In this document: positions 41,192 to 55,030 of the stretch, piece by piece
How the letters are laid out: each line of letters begins with the position of its first letter
How positions within the stretch are numbered: the first letter of the stretch is position 1
From: Gordius albopunctatus
Lineage: Eukaryota
Direction of reading: 5' to 3'
DNA length: 64,000 nucleotides
NCBI GenBank assembly: GCA_964276515.1
Contig: OZ193910.1
Location: 3,658,001-3,722,000, forward strand
Made by a program: the position numbers and the translations under genes
The notes under the pieces: model-generated
The model's input: the letters and a program-made list of their open reading frames with translations, nothing else
Databases searched by the model: none
Told to the model about the DNA's origin: nothing

Positions 41192-44100
41192 TTATATAGT
41201 TGATTTTAGATCCAGCAATCTTGACATCATGGTCAGCACGGATGCCTTTAAATCTTCATTCTCGCATTTAACATTCTAATACAAATATATTGTTATATTG
41301 ATGAATCTGTTTACGAATTTAGATTTTATATTAAATAACTATTATAGGCTATCATGTAAATTTTATAATGTAAATATTCGATTAAGAAATAAACTAATAA
41401 ACTTTTAAAAAGAAACTCAATTTCGGCGAAAATGAAAATATAAATGCGATATGCTTATTAATTTTAATAATATTGTTGCGTAAATTTATAAAACTTCCTT
41501 ATAATAACTTCTAAACATAATCTATCAATTTTTTGTAAACCATTACTAATAAAAAATCTCCAAAAATATAAATAAATCGCTCAGGGTGTTTAATAAACAT
41601 AATAAACCACTTACAAATACTACATGTTTTACAGCCCTGAAAACATTGATTAATTAGCTTTACTAAAATTTTCAAAGACAACATATCAAATAGGCTAAAA
41701 TTAAAATTAACTTGGAGGTTGGCCATATCGATTAAAACGATGTCATCGTCAACTTTGAGTTGAATGAAGCCTTCTTTAGCCCGATCCTCGTGGTCTGGTT
41801 GGGGATATTTAATGTTATTTTTACCATAATTATCGGCCAGGAGCGTTTCCAATACATTTCGCAATCGCTCTTCCTTACTATGACCGTCCGGTTCTTCCTT
41901 CTTAACGTCCACCATCAACCACTTTTCGCCTAAAAAAGCGCACGATCCAAAAAACCCCCAAAAATGTTAAAATTTATTAAAATTATGGCTAACATTTTAA
42001 AAAGTATTCAGTTTGCCCCCTCTAATTTCAATGCTGGTTACGCCAAAGCAATGACCCATTGGTCCTTATGAGGGATTTCAAGTATATATGGCTTGTACTT
42101 AATTACGCCATAAAAAGCAATAATAAGCCTTGGTCAATCGTCTGAAGGGCTAAATAAACAAATACGGTGGCATTAAATATATCAATGATTATTTTAGGAA
42201 TTGGCTAATAGATTGTGTTATAATTTATTCAAAGCGAAAATTGCTTTAGGTAACTAAAAGGTAGAGCAAAAACTTAGCGCCCAAACCACTGTAATCATTT
42301 AAAAGATATCTACAAATATAGGGTTCACTATTTGCAATTCAGTAAATAACTAATTGAAGAAAGTACAGACAAATCGGTTATAAAATAACAGTCGCAATCG
42401 TTATACCACTAGTTTAAGTGATAGTTTTTTCCTCATTCTCCTTTATTGATCTCCTAATTTAAATTTTAAACGAAAATCAAATGTATAAAATTACTGAGAT
42501 TCTTCCATCAATAATAATATTTAAGCATTTTATAGAAAATCGATTGTCCCGCTTTAAGGGGTCAAGCCACTTGGCACAACAATAAAAGGAAGATAGTTTA
42601 TAGACATTGTTACAGAAGCATAAAAAAATATTTTGCCTCCTTATTAAACGACTCATACGTTTTTTACATCAACTATTTCACAGAATCACAATAAATAGAT
42701 AATATTTCACATATTTATCCCGCACAAATAATATATTCTTCATCTTTTACAATAAGAAGGGAGAAGCTTTCTTTAATACTTTTAAGGGGTGGCAATGCTT
42801 CGGATTCGTATTTAAACAGTGCAGCTATGACGGAATCGGCATACATATCGCTGATAGGACTTGCTTCCCACTAAACAATATATGATTAAGTAAAAATAAA
42901 ATTGAAACTATAAGCAATTACTATGATATAAGTGCATATATAAAAAAGAGTTTATTTATTATATATTTAATAATAATTATCTTCATTAATCGCTATGCAA
43001 TGTCTTAAAATCCGTTTTGTATTAACCAAAACCGAGTTTGTTAAGAAGACACATGATTTAATAATAGCTAGTGTCCATTTTTCTTATGCAATATCCCCTC
43101 CTTGACCCCTACAAATAAATTCGATTGGGAAATATATATCTTATTGATTTTTAAAAATATTAGTACAATCCATTAAACTACATAACACCGAAATTCCAAA
43201 ACTCCCAGCAAAAATAAATAGAAAAAATGCACGGGTAACTCAAGAAAACCTCCATAACGACTAAATCATCTTCTTTTTCAAGCGTTAAAAAGATACAATC
43301 AAAAACGCGCAAGCGACATTTGCCATCTATGCTAGAAGCTGATTTTTGGGGTTCGAGCGTTTGATAACGCTGAGCGCTCATAGCGCAAATGCACCGTTTC
43401 AAGTCGGCGCTCGAACCGGTGAAGGGTATGGTCATCCTTTGGGTTACGGTATTCAAAACTAAGCCGGTGTAGTCTAAATGCAGTAAAGAATTTTAAAATG
43501 ATAATTTTAATATATATACTCATAACTAGAATATAAAATTTAGGCATCACGAGATAAAGTATTTTAAACAAGTGAAATTCTATTTGTTAAATTTTACTCT
43601 TCAAGATTAAATGTTATACTGGAATTCTATCAAAAATAGCTTGATTCTATTCCTTTGAAACAAACAAATAATGAATTTTCTGTTTTGGAACACATTTTTT
43701 AGTTATGGAAAAATCCATTAAATTTTACTTAGTGTATACAATGAGAGTATTGAATGTGAATAGATTTATCTTAAATTTGTTTTTAGACGTACGGCTTAAT
43801 TTAGTAACTAATAACTATTTAGACACTGCCTCATCCTTAATATAATATCATGGTATTATAACTATTATAAAAAATTATGAGATAAAAAGTTAAAAAATGC
43901 AATTTTCGACCAATTAAAATTATTATATATGTATTATTAAAAAAACAACACATTCCTATGTATTTCCTAAAAATGTAATGTTTGACTATAAAAATCGTTA
44001 ATTTTTATCATTAACTATAAGCCCTTTCAATTAATTTTGCAAATAAAATTAATCCATAAATTTAAATTATTATATTTGCACAGAACATAAATACGAATTG

Positions 44101-47100
44101 GTGTATATATGATTTCATCAAGTACAAAACACAAGGGCATGATAGCTCAGAATACTAACTAGTTAAATCTTTGGGGTCCATGATATGGTAGTTGAAGTTG
44201 CGTTTAACCAAAATACCCGATATATTTTGGCATGCCACTGGTTTTGTCGAGGCTAGAGATCCCATTACCTTCAAATATGTATATATATATATATATAAAC
44301 ATAAATCTGCCATATAAAATGCAGTTTGCTTTTAAATCTAACACGCCGCTCCAAATTTATATGATACAAATATAAGAAACCTAATTTTTTCCAACAGTTT
44401 ACAATGAGATGAGGTATCATCTCCCTAATAAAAAATGTGCGAAATATTAATAATTTCAACTTGTTACTGCTAACAATCACAAAAATTAAAATTCAAGCTT
44501 AACTCGAAAATCTAATCTTTTGCACGTATTGAAATGAAGAAAAAAAACTCAAAGAAATTTTAAAATATTCACGAAAGACCGTAACAAACATGGGCGTGCC
44601 AGGGGAGGGAGGGGCGGCTGCCCCCCCCCTCTAAATCCAAAAATTTGTTGAAATTTATTTAAATTATGGGGCTAAGATTACAAAAAAATGTTCATTTTGC
44701 CCCTCCACAAATCATTATTGCTCCCACCCCACTATTTCCAATGCTGGCTCCGGCCATGGTAACAAAGAAAAATGTGATTTACTTTAGCTAGTTTCTCGCC
44801 CCTGAAATACAGCTCGACGCACTGCGTATTACGCGGGTTAAATATTTCGATGGTATTAACGGGGTCGTCTTCATACTCTCGGATCAAGGCCGCTTTCAAA
44901 CGGTACATTTCATTTTGCTCTCCGTGCACCAAAACCTTGCAAAAATTGAAAAATTAACTTCATTTTATTTCGCACAAAAACGGGTTCAAAAAATACATTC
45001 TAGACACCAAATTAATTCTAAAGAATAGATGTTTGGCTTAATTTTTAAAAGGTTTTTACTCCTAAACAAGTTTGGAATAGTTGATTATAATTAATAAAAA
45101 ACATAGATCAGACATAAGGAAATAAAAACACTTCAAGAAGCTTGGGAAATTAGTATAAAAGCGTTGAGCATTTTCGAAACTCTAATTAAAATTTAAAATT
45201 ATTTTATTATCATAATTACGAAATTGCACAAGAGGCTTCTCGCTTACAATATTATGTTGTAAATTACATTAAAATCATCAACTTTAAAGGCTGTGTCTTA
45301 ATACACGATTCAACTTGGAGCGCAGAATATTTTATCTTGTTTAATAAATATGCGATTGTATGTTCCATGAAACCACAATTATGCATAAACATTCAATTTA
45401 ATATTTTTAATAAAATTAATTACATTTTTGCATCCCGCAAATCGCTGTTAAATGAATACAGTAAAGTGTGAAAAATGAAGCGAGGCGTGTATTAAGAAGC
45501 AGCTATGTTTATATTTGTTTTTTGCCTCGCTTCGAAATTCCATATATGACAAATAGTACTAAAATACAATTTAACCTAATTTAATATTTAATGCCCAAAA
45601 TAATTTGGTACATATAAAAACCAAAAAGAACAAACGAAATATTTACAAAAAATATAATTTAATAAAATTGAAATTAGCCATTTTTACAACGTAAGCCGGT
45701 TTAATGAGTCGTATAAATTCGCTGGTTTGCTTGTAGTCGGTGTGGGCCGAAAAAGATATATAATCGACCGAACATTTGAGAGCCAATTTTTGACCGTTCA
45801 GAGCCGTTATTTCGTCCGGTTCCGAAAGTATTGACTAAAAGAATAAAATACATCGTTAACAAAATCATAATCTTTTTTAAACAACCGATCTTTGAAAATA
45901 TTAGTACAACAACAATAATAACGACAATTAGATTCTCTATTGGTCAAACCTTGCCCTTCCTGCAAATAACAATGTTTTAAAAACGATGACAAACTTAAAA
46001 TTTTCCTATCGAATTGCACTCTTTTAGTGTGGTAAGAAGGTATCATTTCTTTATTTTACTTCATTGGAATCACGCAACATTTCGGACAAAGAACGCAGAT
46101 ATGAATATATCGTGAACATTAAATTTAAAATAAATCATTTTCACCACACATATCTCCCCTTTTTACAAAGTCAGATTTCTCGTAAAATGTTAGGGGTGCT
46201 TTCCGGATTCTGGAGGAGCTTCTCGTCATAGTTACGTATGGGACATCGTACTTAAATTATGTTTCATGAGCGTAGCCAGATTGGAATTAGAGGAGAGCAA
46301 TAACGATTAATAATTGTAATATCAAATTTAATGGAATTTTTGGATTTAGAGGAGGGCAGTCGCACCTTGCTGCCACCCCTTAGCTACGGCCATGTTTTGT
46401 TCTCTGCAATTTTCCATACTAAGTTCGTTATATTTCACATCTTCGAAACACACTCTCGATCGAAGCTATCGAACAAACATTATATACGACCAGTCTTAAA
46501 TTACGTCTTTATACACCATCCCGATCCTCTTTCTTTTGGGATCCAAACATAATCTCTGGATTAAAACTCTCTAAAGTTGGCATTTCTATCATGGTTATAC
46601 TTCAACATTAGGCTACATAATCACTAACCTTTTGCGATACTAAGGCCTTGCATTATTAAAGGTGTTACTATACAATTTTGCCTTATTAAAATTTAAACAA
46701 AAAGGAAAGGTTTTCTAAATTTTGTAGAAAATATCATAAAGTAACAAAATTTTTCAAACTTATGGCGCAATTCAATTCTAGATTTAAAAACATAAATAGC
46801 ATTTTATTTGCCCATACGAAAAATAGGGGTAAAAAATTGATACTTTAGCTAGGGTGCCTTCGACGCAGTATCCAGCGATAATGGTCCCGTTTCTACTGTC
46901 AGTGCACCAGGTTTCAAACAGATCTCGACTCAAGCCATTTTGTAACATACCCGGACTGGCCAAAACTACCGAAGGACCCACATCTTCGAAATGATCTAAA
47001 TTCTTAATAACATACCATTAGAGTAAATAAATGTAAACAAATTAGTTATATAAATCGTCAAAAGCGTTTATAAAAATTGACGGTTCCTAGTTTGGTAGTT

Positions 47101-50100
47101 TAGATGGATTAAGAAGGAAATTAAGTTATATTAATTCTTCGGGGTAGCCAGGTGGAGGGATGGAGGGGCGGGTGCTCCCCTTTAAACTCAGGATTCCTTA
47201 AAAATTATTATTTTGCCCCCCCCCCCTATGGCATTATTGTTGCCTCTAGTTCTAACCCTGGATAGGGCATCTATTTACTAGCAATTAGTTGGTTAAAACT
47301 TTCTTTACTAAATTTTAAAAGTACAAAAAACTCGGATCGAGAAGCTAAGCGAGGGTGTAATAAAATGCGTGTCGCATAGGCGTGGCTAGGAATGGAAGTA
47401 GAGGGGCAATAAGGCTTTAGGGAGGAACAAAACCATAATTATATAAAATTTTTAAGAATTTCTGGCTTCTCTCTGCCACCCCCTGGCTATGCCCATATAT
47501 AGCCGAGAAAACGCCATGCAATCGCTCAACGATCATTATGTGGGAATAATTGTCGATATAAAGAGGATGTGTTGTGCTTGTCGATGCCTGAAAAATTGTA
47601 GCAAAAATAGCGTTAATTCATTCATATCAATCAAGTAATCATGGCCCTGCTGCCAGAACCAAAAAAGATAGCAACTAAAAATCTTAGAAACTAGTTTAAG
47701 GCTTAAAAAGGGAAATTTTGAATAACAAAATAATTAGGTTCAAAAAATGTGCTATTGTTAGTTTAGTTGCTTCCAGATTTCTATTTAATATCTACACAAC
47801 TTTGATAAGTTACGGGCGTCAAGGAATGCACTAAATAATTAAAGTGCTATATGATTAAACTAAAAGCGTGTATGCAAAAATTTCTTCATAAATATTTGAC
47901 TAGGAAAACCAAATTTTTAATTTGATTCAAATGTTATTTATATGAGATCGGATTAAATTGTTGAGGACCACATAACATATACAACTTTATAACTGGATTA
48001 CGACAATTACCTCGACTTAACTTTTGTGCAAGATGTACATTTATAAAATTTTATAAATTCAAATTGAAACCGCGAAACTAAATGACAAATGTCATAACAA
48101 AAAATTGGCTAAAAAAACGCATTGTGTCTAGATTCTATAAACATCAATAAATTTCGTAAAAAAATTTCGTTCTTAGTTCAAACGTCACTTTTGTCACCAA
48201 ACAGAATTGTCAAAATGCATCTAATATATATATAACTTTCCCTCACTAATTTCCACACACAAAACACTTTACAAATATAAAAAACACAAATTCACATCAA
48301 GGCAGAAAAGTAATGTCGTAAAAAGGGCCGGGTTTTGTTTGCTCGACCTGTGGTTTCACTAAGGACTTGTCTTAATATCGGATTTTGCTGTCGTCGTACG
48401 TGTTATAACATAGCCGTGTCTTAGTTTAGAATTAACAGAAGATTTGCATTTCAGACGCATAACATAACAGCGATTTTGGAAGATGCAAATTTTTTCCTGC
48501 GCTTAAATGTCGTATATTTTAAAATTTTTAGGTATCAGCAAAGTTTAGATATAATCTCAAGAGATGAAATAGACAATAAAACGTTTTCAATTATCAAAAA
48601 ACAAAATATTAATAAGTACAACCGTGTTTGACCCATGAAATTGAATCGGATATTTAGACAAAATTAAATTCACGCGATATGAATCTGAATCCGATACTAA
48701 GACAAGCCCTAAGACTAACGATCGACTCTAGTCGGTTTTTCGAATTTCGACCAAGCCTAGGGGTCTCGACCAAGAAAAAGAGACCAAAAAATCTGTGGCC
48801 TTTTAAAACCCAGCAGCCCGTTTTACGACACTACTAGAGAAGAGTCGAGTACTTTGAGGTAAGTTATGTGCTTGAAAACGAAGGGGTTATCGTGCGAGGA
48901 TATGCGTTTCCGGATGGGTTCATTCATGGCGCTAACGTAAGTTTGAAACACGTTCATGCATTTTTTGGCTAGGGAAGAGGCGTAATACACTGGGATGTCG
49001 TGGAGTTCGGGATGCTTGGCCCAATATTCGTCTAAAACATTTTCGCATGCCACAAAATAAAGAAAAAATCAGCTTTTATTGTGCGCTTTACGCCTAGAAA
49101 TTTTTGCCTCACACCTCGTTAATAAGGCTCAAAAAAGTGACCGATATGCATGGGCGTGGCCAGGGGGTGGTAGAGAGGGCCGGCTGCCCCCCCTCTAAAT
49201 CCAAAAATTCTTCAAAATCCGCTATAATTATGATTAAAATTACTAATAAATATCATTTAGCCGATTCCTAAATCATTATTGCCCCCCCCTCTAAATCCAA
49301 ACTTGGCTACGGCCGTGCCAATATGATAAAGTAAATAGCTAAAACTTGGTTTTTATAATAGATTATCCAACTACGGTAACCATCAATATTACTGACTTTT
49401 AATATTAAGCTAGAAATTACAACTGTTAGGCGAACCAATATTTTAGAGAATGAATTAATTTTTTCGTGGCAAATAAAGAAATAATTAATTGACTCGATTC
49501 TTACAGAGTGGAGATTTTTTATTCCACCCGACTTATATCACCACCATCCTAAATTGCAAAAAATAAATCGCGTCTTTAACAACGTTGCCAAAATAATTTA
49601 AATCATTTGAATCCCATGATTGAATATGTGTATAATACTAATAATTTTGCGGATTCCATATCACAACACACTAACAGAACACTTAATTATTATCGACTAC
49701 CCCATGCCGATGTGCACCACGGGTGTCGGCTGAACCCGATCAAGCTTCACAATTGAGCCAGACTATTAAACTGCCAATTTAAGTCTTGGTACAACGTGAT
49801 CTTCAACAATTAATCCGTCCAAAATAGTTTTAAGATAACTCCTTTATAACATGGGCCTAACCTATAATGAGCATGAGTTCTTGGGCGCGACCCAGGGCAA
49901 AAACGGGTATAAGACACCTGCCGCCTCTATTAACTATTTCGTGAATTAGGGAGGTGAATCGATGTTCCCGCTCTTCTATGTTTTCGTGAATGTGAGTGCC
50001 GTAAGTTGATTCCTTCAAAATTAGGGAAAAGGATGTGTGTGTGTGTATGCTTTTGTAATGAAATATATTTAAAAATATTCATTCAACTTAAAGCCCATCT

Positions 50101-52329
50101 ATTTCACCCTTAGTAGTAGAATGGACTTTCAAAATGAGTCCTATTCAAATAAACCAATAATGATCTCTTTACAAAATATTAAAAATGCTCAAATTTTGAA
50201 AGTTTGTATAAGTTTAAGTCATACAAAACAAATATTATTACTCGTATAAATCTCTTGTAAATTTATATTTTAAAATTTATTTGGGCAGCTTTATATTGAA
50301 AATTACATTATATTTGTGCTTTAAATCTCGCAGTAAATAGGCTAATTATTATCAAATATCCCTCATTTTTACCATTTAAGTAGATATAAAATGGTTGTTA
50401 TTTAAATGCACGGTAATAAATTAAAAAATGCTCAGTAAAATGTGCTCAGCATTTTATTAAAGTGCACATTTAAAAATTCAAAATTGCTCAGTAAATTAAC
50501 TTTAAAATGCTCAGTAATATAAATTCATAATTTGTGATATTAATTTATTTTGCGCTTATATTTCATAAATAATACTTTAATTGGTATACAATTTTTTTAA
50601 AATCAATTAAGAACTTTGCCCCACTCCCCTTTTTTGTCGTGCTGGTTTACTGCCTCCCCACTTTTTAACCTTGTTTCTCACCCGGGTGGGAGGATGATTT
50701 GGCCCCTCCCTTTTCACCCGGGGGGGGGGGCGGCGGTGAGAAAGAGGGCAATTAATAGGGGGAGGGGGCAAAGTTCTTAATTTATTTATGATATATCTAG
50801 CTCACCAATTTTCATATAGAGAATTTATTTAGCTCTACAAACGATAATTTTGACAACTGTCACAAAAACAGACAAAAATGAATTATGTCCTTTTTCTTAG
50901 TCACACTTTTAGGGTCGACTAAACAAAACCCATGTCTTTTTACCACATAGATAACACGTAGGACATGTATGAATTGACATTGCTGGTTCAAATCTTGCTT
51001 AAATTTTGATTTTATTTTAAAATTAAATTTCAGTTACTGAGCAACATAGAAATAATAACTGAACAAAGGAATTACTGAGCAAATAATTAAAAACTGAACA
51101 TTTGAATATTTTACTGATCATTTGAATATTTTACAGAGCAAAAATTGAATTAAATACTGAGCACAATAATTTGTACTCATATAAAATTTAATTTATATAG
51201 TTTACTGTAATGAGGATATCAGGTTTAACTGTAGGAATTTCTGCAGCCATTAAATGTCTATCCTCAATTCTAGAAAAATCTCCAGTGTATAATACCTAAA
51301 TATATATTCATAAATGTTTGACTTATATTTGTGTAGATAAATACTTTGACGCCAGCTATTTCTATAAAAAACATGGCTGCACCTAAAACGTGGCCTGCCA
51401 TATAAGCTTTAAAGCGTATCCCATTTACTTCTTTCTCCTATATAAGACAAAATATAACTTTATATTTAATGTATTGCAATCTAGATGTATTAGTAAATAT
51501 CTATAAAGCAACTGTTTTTAATTAAATATCAAACATAAATAATTAGTTTTAGTTTAGAAAATCTAACATGTTTTGAAGGCCACAAGAACAAGATTAAATT
51601 TCAATATTTCAATATATTTCATAATTAATGAATGATCATGTTTAAAACCTACAAACCTCGTGAAAATTTATAGATTCAATCTTGTGAGTACTCTTTTCTA
51701 AATCTTCTTCAGTGAAGAGCATTTGATCCTGAGAAGAATTACTAATTAAAAATTTTTATTAATTGAATTCCTTAATAGTAGTACCTGACTTTAACATAAT
51801 CTGATAGTAGCCACCTATATATAGCCTTAGTGGCATGGGTCATAAAGCATCTGCCTCTAAATGTTGTCTTTTCTAGGAACCAGGGTAGAGCTCCACAATG
51901 ATCCAAGTGAAAACTATTAAGTAAAAAATTGGCTTTATTATTTTAATGCATTTGGTCTAAATAAATTTATGTCACTTATTTAATTTAACAAAATTAATTG
52001 AAAATTTAAAACAATTACTGGCTGACTAGTAACAAATCAATTTCGTCAGCTTCAACAAAATCCACATATGGCAAGGCATCCATTCCTTGTAGTCCGGGAT
52101 GTATTCCACAATCAAGCTTCAAACTAATTAGATGACTTTATAGAACTAACTCACCATAATTTTTTTGCCTTTAAACTCTATCATAATGCATGATCTCCCA
52201 ACCTCTTGGCCTGCACCTCTAAAAATATATAAAAGCATCTATTTATTAAAACCCTTACAAAGGTTTAATTATAAATTGTTCTTTCTCCTCTTCGGTCACA
52301 TTATTTTGAAATTCCACTTTAAGAGACAT
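41192..52329 (-). CDS. CPSF3: Cleavage and polyadenylation specificity factor subunit 3 (CPSF73 endonuclease), 17 exons, 714 aa
   Basis: Exons: 52329-52259, 52218-52155, 52116-52019, 51913-51785, 51741-51657, 51437-51345, 51295-51206, 50012-49862, 49031-48853, 47002-46844, 45834-45688, 44935-44783, 44268-44160, 43473-43250, 42870-42780, 41929-41712, 41275-41192 (2145 nt, all GT-AG, in frame). Motifs: [94 protein letters not shown]. Confidence 0.97.
44589..44758. mobile_element. hAT-type MITE family A in CPSF3 intron 12
   Basis: Perfect TSD GTAACAAA (44581-44588 and 44759-44766). Confidence 0.9.
46265..46394. mobile_element. hAT-type MITE family A in CPSF3 intron 10
   Basis: CATGAGCGTAGCCA ... 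TAGCTACGGCCATG. Confidence 0.8.
47375..47497. mobile_element. hAT-type MITE family A, diverged (a further degenerate copy lies at about 47140-47270)
   Basis: CATAGGCGTGGCTA ... TGGCTATGCCCATA. Confidence 0.65.
49149..49317. mobile_element. hAT-type MITE family A in CPSF3 intron 8
   Basis: TSD CCGATATG/CCAATATG. TIR CATGGGCGTGGCCA / TGGCTACGGCCGTG. Confidence 0.87.
50409..51180. mobile_element. Foldback/MITE-like element with inverted arrays of TGCTCAG(TA) in CPSF3 intron 7
   Basis: TGCTCAG occurs four times at 50429-50517. The inverse (T)ACTGAGCA-like motif is repeated at 51034-51163. Confidence 0.5.
50611..50776. mobile_element. 166-bp GC-rich MITE with TTAA flanks (Kolobok-like)
   Basis: TTAA|GAACTTTGCCCC ... 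GGGGCAAAGTTC|TTAA, a perfect inverted repeat. Confidence 0.8.
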
Positions 52330-53419
52330 GTGTTTTACATTAGCAATCTGCCTTATTAATACACAACAATGATGTCACACCATTTTATGGGCTCATACAA
52401 ACCACTCATTTTTCATCTGGTAAAGCGTTTTATTGAAATAATTAATACACTAAATATATTAGATTAAATTTACTTGTGGTTGATTAATATTTTTGTTAAC
52501 TTAATAACGCTCTCTCAACACAAGAAGAATATTTAGTGGAGAAGTCATTATATTTTATAAAATAGAAGGGGAAAAGGAACTAGAGTGATTAGTTTTTGCT
52601 AAGCAGATTTGAATAGATGTAGTTGCAATAAATAAATCATTCAATTTGTTGTGATTGGTTAAGTAGCAAAATTTGGAGTACTTAAATGTAAACTATTTTA
52701 AAAGGTTTAGAAGTTAAATTGTTGGTATTCTAGTTAAAATTGAATGCTATAAAACAAATACATGTGAACTCAAACCACCTTAAGTTCAATTGTGAATCAA
52801 ACTTCTACTCTACATTTTTTAGTGAGAAATTTGGTACCACATATGAATTTGTAGTAATTTAACTAAACTAAGGATTTCATATATTGTAAGGCAGAATCCT
52901 TCAATTTTTGTCTTGCGGCGTTTAATTTTAGTAATTTTTTTTATTTATATAATAATTTAAAAATATTAAGGAGAAATTTAAGATGGTATTATCGCTATGT
53001 TAATACCAGAAGAATAAAGTAATAATTACTTTATTTTATATCCCATTAAAGTAAATCGTTTTGCGAGAAAAATAAGTGAGTAAGAAGTGTTTTAAACTCC
53101 TTTATATAATTGCGTATTAATTGAATAAATCAATTAAATTTAGTGGTCAAACCGCGAGGTATGTTTGATTAGTTAATTAACGTCGCGAAGCAAAGGTCAT
53201 GCAAATGAGTCAATTAACGTCGCGAACTAGTAAGGTAATGGATGCAACACTACAGTATATATTTTTTTACTAAAGTCGAGACATATCGAGATTTCTCGTC
53301 GAGACGAGATTCAGACTCTCATAATGGCACCCGAGACGAGACAAGATTTTGTTGAGACCGAGACGATATCAAAACAATACGTTTATCTTATTAAAGGTAG
53401 TTTAAAAAAAGACATTAGT

Positions 53420-55030
53420 TTTAACAATAAACACTAACCAAGGGTTGTTTGCATTTAAAAAATTACTTTTTGGACTTGCTATGTCAGCGGCGCCGATTAT
53501 TCAAAGAACACTGGCTTCCTTCTTTGAGAACTTGGAGGGTGTAACTTATTTTTTAGACGATATCTTCCTGACTGGATTGACTAAAAGTGATCATGACCAG
53601 TGCCTTGATATCTTTCTTAACTTATTTAAAAGTAATGATCTTAATTTATCAGCAAACAATGTGTTTGTGCAAAAGATTACATATTTAGGACACTTATTAA
53701 GTAATGATTCAATTCGACCCTTAATTTGTAAAATTTATTGTAGTTTCGGAATTCTACGTTTTTGAGAATTAGCCTATATGTAGCTGTTGAAAGCACTGAT
53801 TATTAAAAAGGAAAGTTTTGGGAAATGATAACTTATTATAATGAGTCCATTCTTAACTTTACTCGGCGTTCAGGACCCTTAAATGAATTAATAAACGATA
53901 ACGTATTTTTAAAGTGGACAGATTCAACAATCTGTCGAATCCAGCCCACCTGGCGAAATGGTCAGCTGGCAAAAAGTCATAATAATTGCAAAAAAGTGTG
54001 CTTATCTATATATATATAGAATATATAATTTATATATATAATATATATTATATACTGTTTGCAATATATAGTAATATTAAACTAACCTATATAAATTTTG
54101 TGTTCTTAAGTATACAATAGAGAACCTAAGTGTGACAGTGATATATAACTTGCAAGAGATAATTGCAATACAGAATTATATATAAATAATCAGAATTTAG
54201 TGATAATATTATATGTTGCTTAACTTTAAATTATTTCTTGCCTAATATTAGCAAATTCGCCACATGTCCATTTAGCCAGATGGCCAGGAGCGAGATTGTT
54301 TTGATAAACCACGTCAAGCCTGATTTCAAACACCCGTATTAGTTTATTTTTAGCTTTAAAAGAGCATTTTTTGGTAGTGGACGCATCTAATAAAGGTTTT
54401 GGAGCCGCATTATGTCAGCTTAAAGGTTAAGTTAAGCATCCGGTTATGTATTTCGCCAGTAAGTTAAATAACACCGAGGTTTACTACTCTATAAAGAAGC
54501 AAGCTTTGGCTAATGTGGTTTAAAAAGGTGTAGGAAATTTTTAATTAGTAAAAGATTTGTCGTGTATACCGATCATAAGTCGTTAAAGGTTTGTTTCGAA
54601 AGGGTAACAACGAAATGTTGATGTGCCATAGGTTAAAACGGATATTGTTGGTTTAGGTAATTTTTCGCTAACATTGGTTCATCTTAAAGGAAATGATATT
54701 TGATTGGCCATTCTGTCTAAATTAAGTTTGGAAGGCATTAGTTTAAAAAGGAAACTTCGTTGGCTTGTTAAATAATAGGAGCTCCTGTCGTTAAAGCCTG
54801 AATGTTGAATATGGACGACATCACTGCTGCTTGTAACACTGATAGGTTTGGTGTTCCAGAAAATGTACCGCAACATTATAAAAATGGGCTGTGTGAATTG
54901 TAAATCAAAGGCGGTCGATTAAGTTACCCGATATACTTCGGCAATAATTTTACAAAATTTGTACAAGAGACATTTTGGAATGGTTAAAATTGAAGCGTTT
55001 GTTAGGCAGTAGCAGTATATATGGCTGCCT
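53420..55030 (+). mobile_element. Degenerate Ty3/Gypsy pol remnant (RT, RNase H, integrase zinc-binding part)
   Basis: GLFAFKKLLFGL...YFLDDIF...ITYLGH (RT). LVVDASNKGFGAAL...FASKL...VVYTDHK (RNase H). HFGMVK (integrase N-terminus). Stops and frameshifts are present, with an AT-rich insertion at about 53930-54290. Confidence 0.85.

Noticed and set aside
51201..51208. CPSF3 intron 7 created by a transposon end (TTTACTGT overlapping the donor)
   Set aside because: The repeat covers only part of the intron and the terminal match is short. The intron position appears shared with vertebrate CPSF3 (from memory), so coincidence is more likely.
41192..52329. U12-type or non-canonical introns in CPSF3
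   Set aside because: All 16 introns read GT-AG and none has the GTATCCTT 5' signature.
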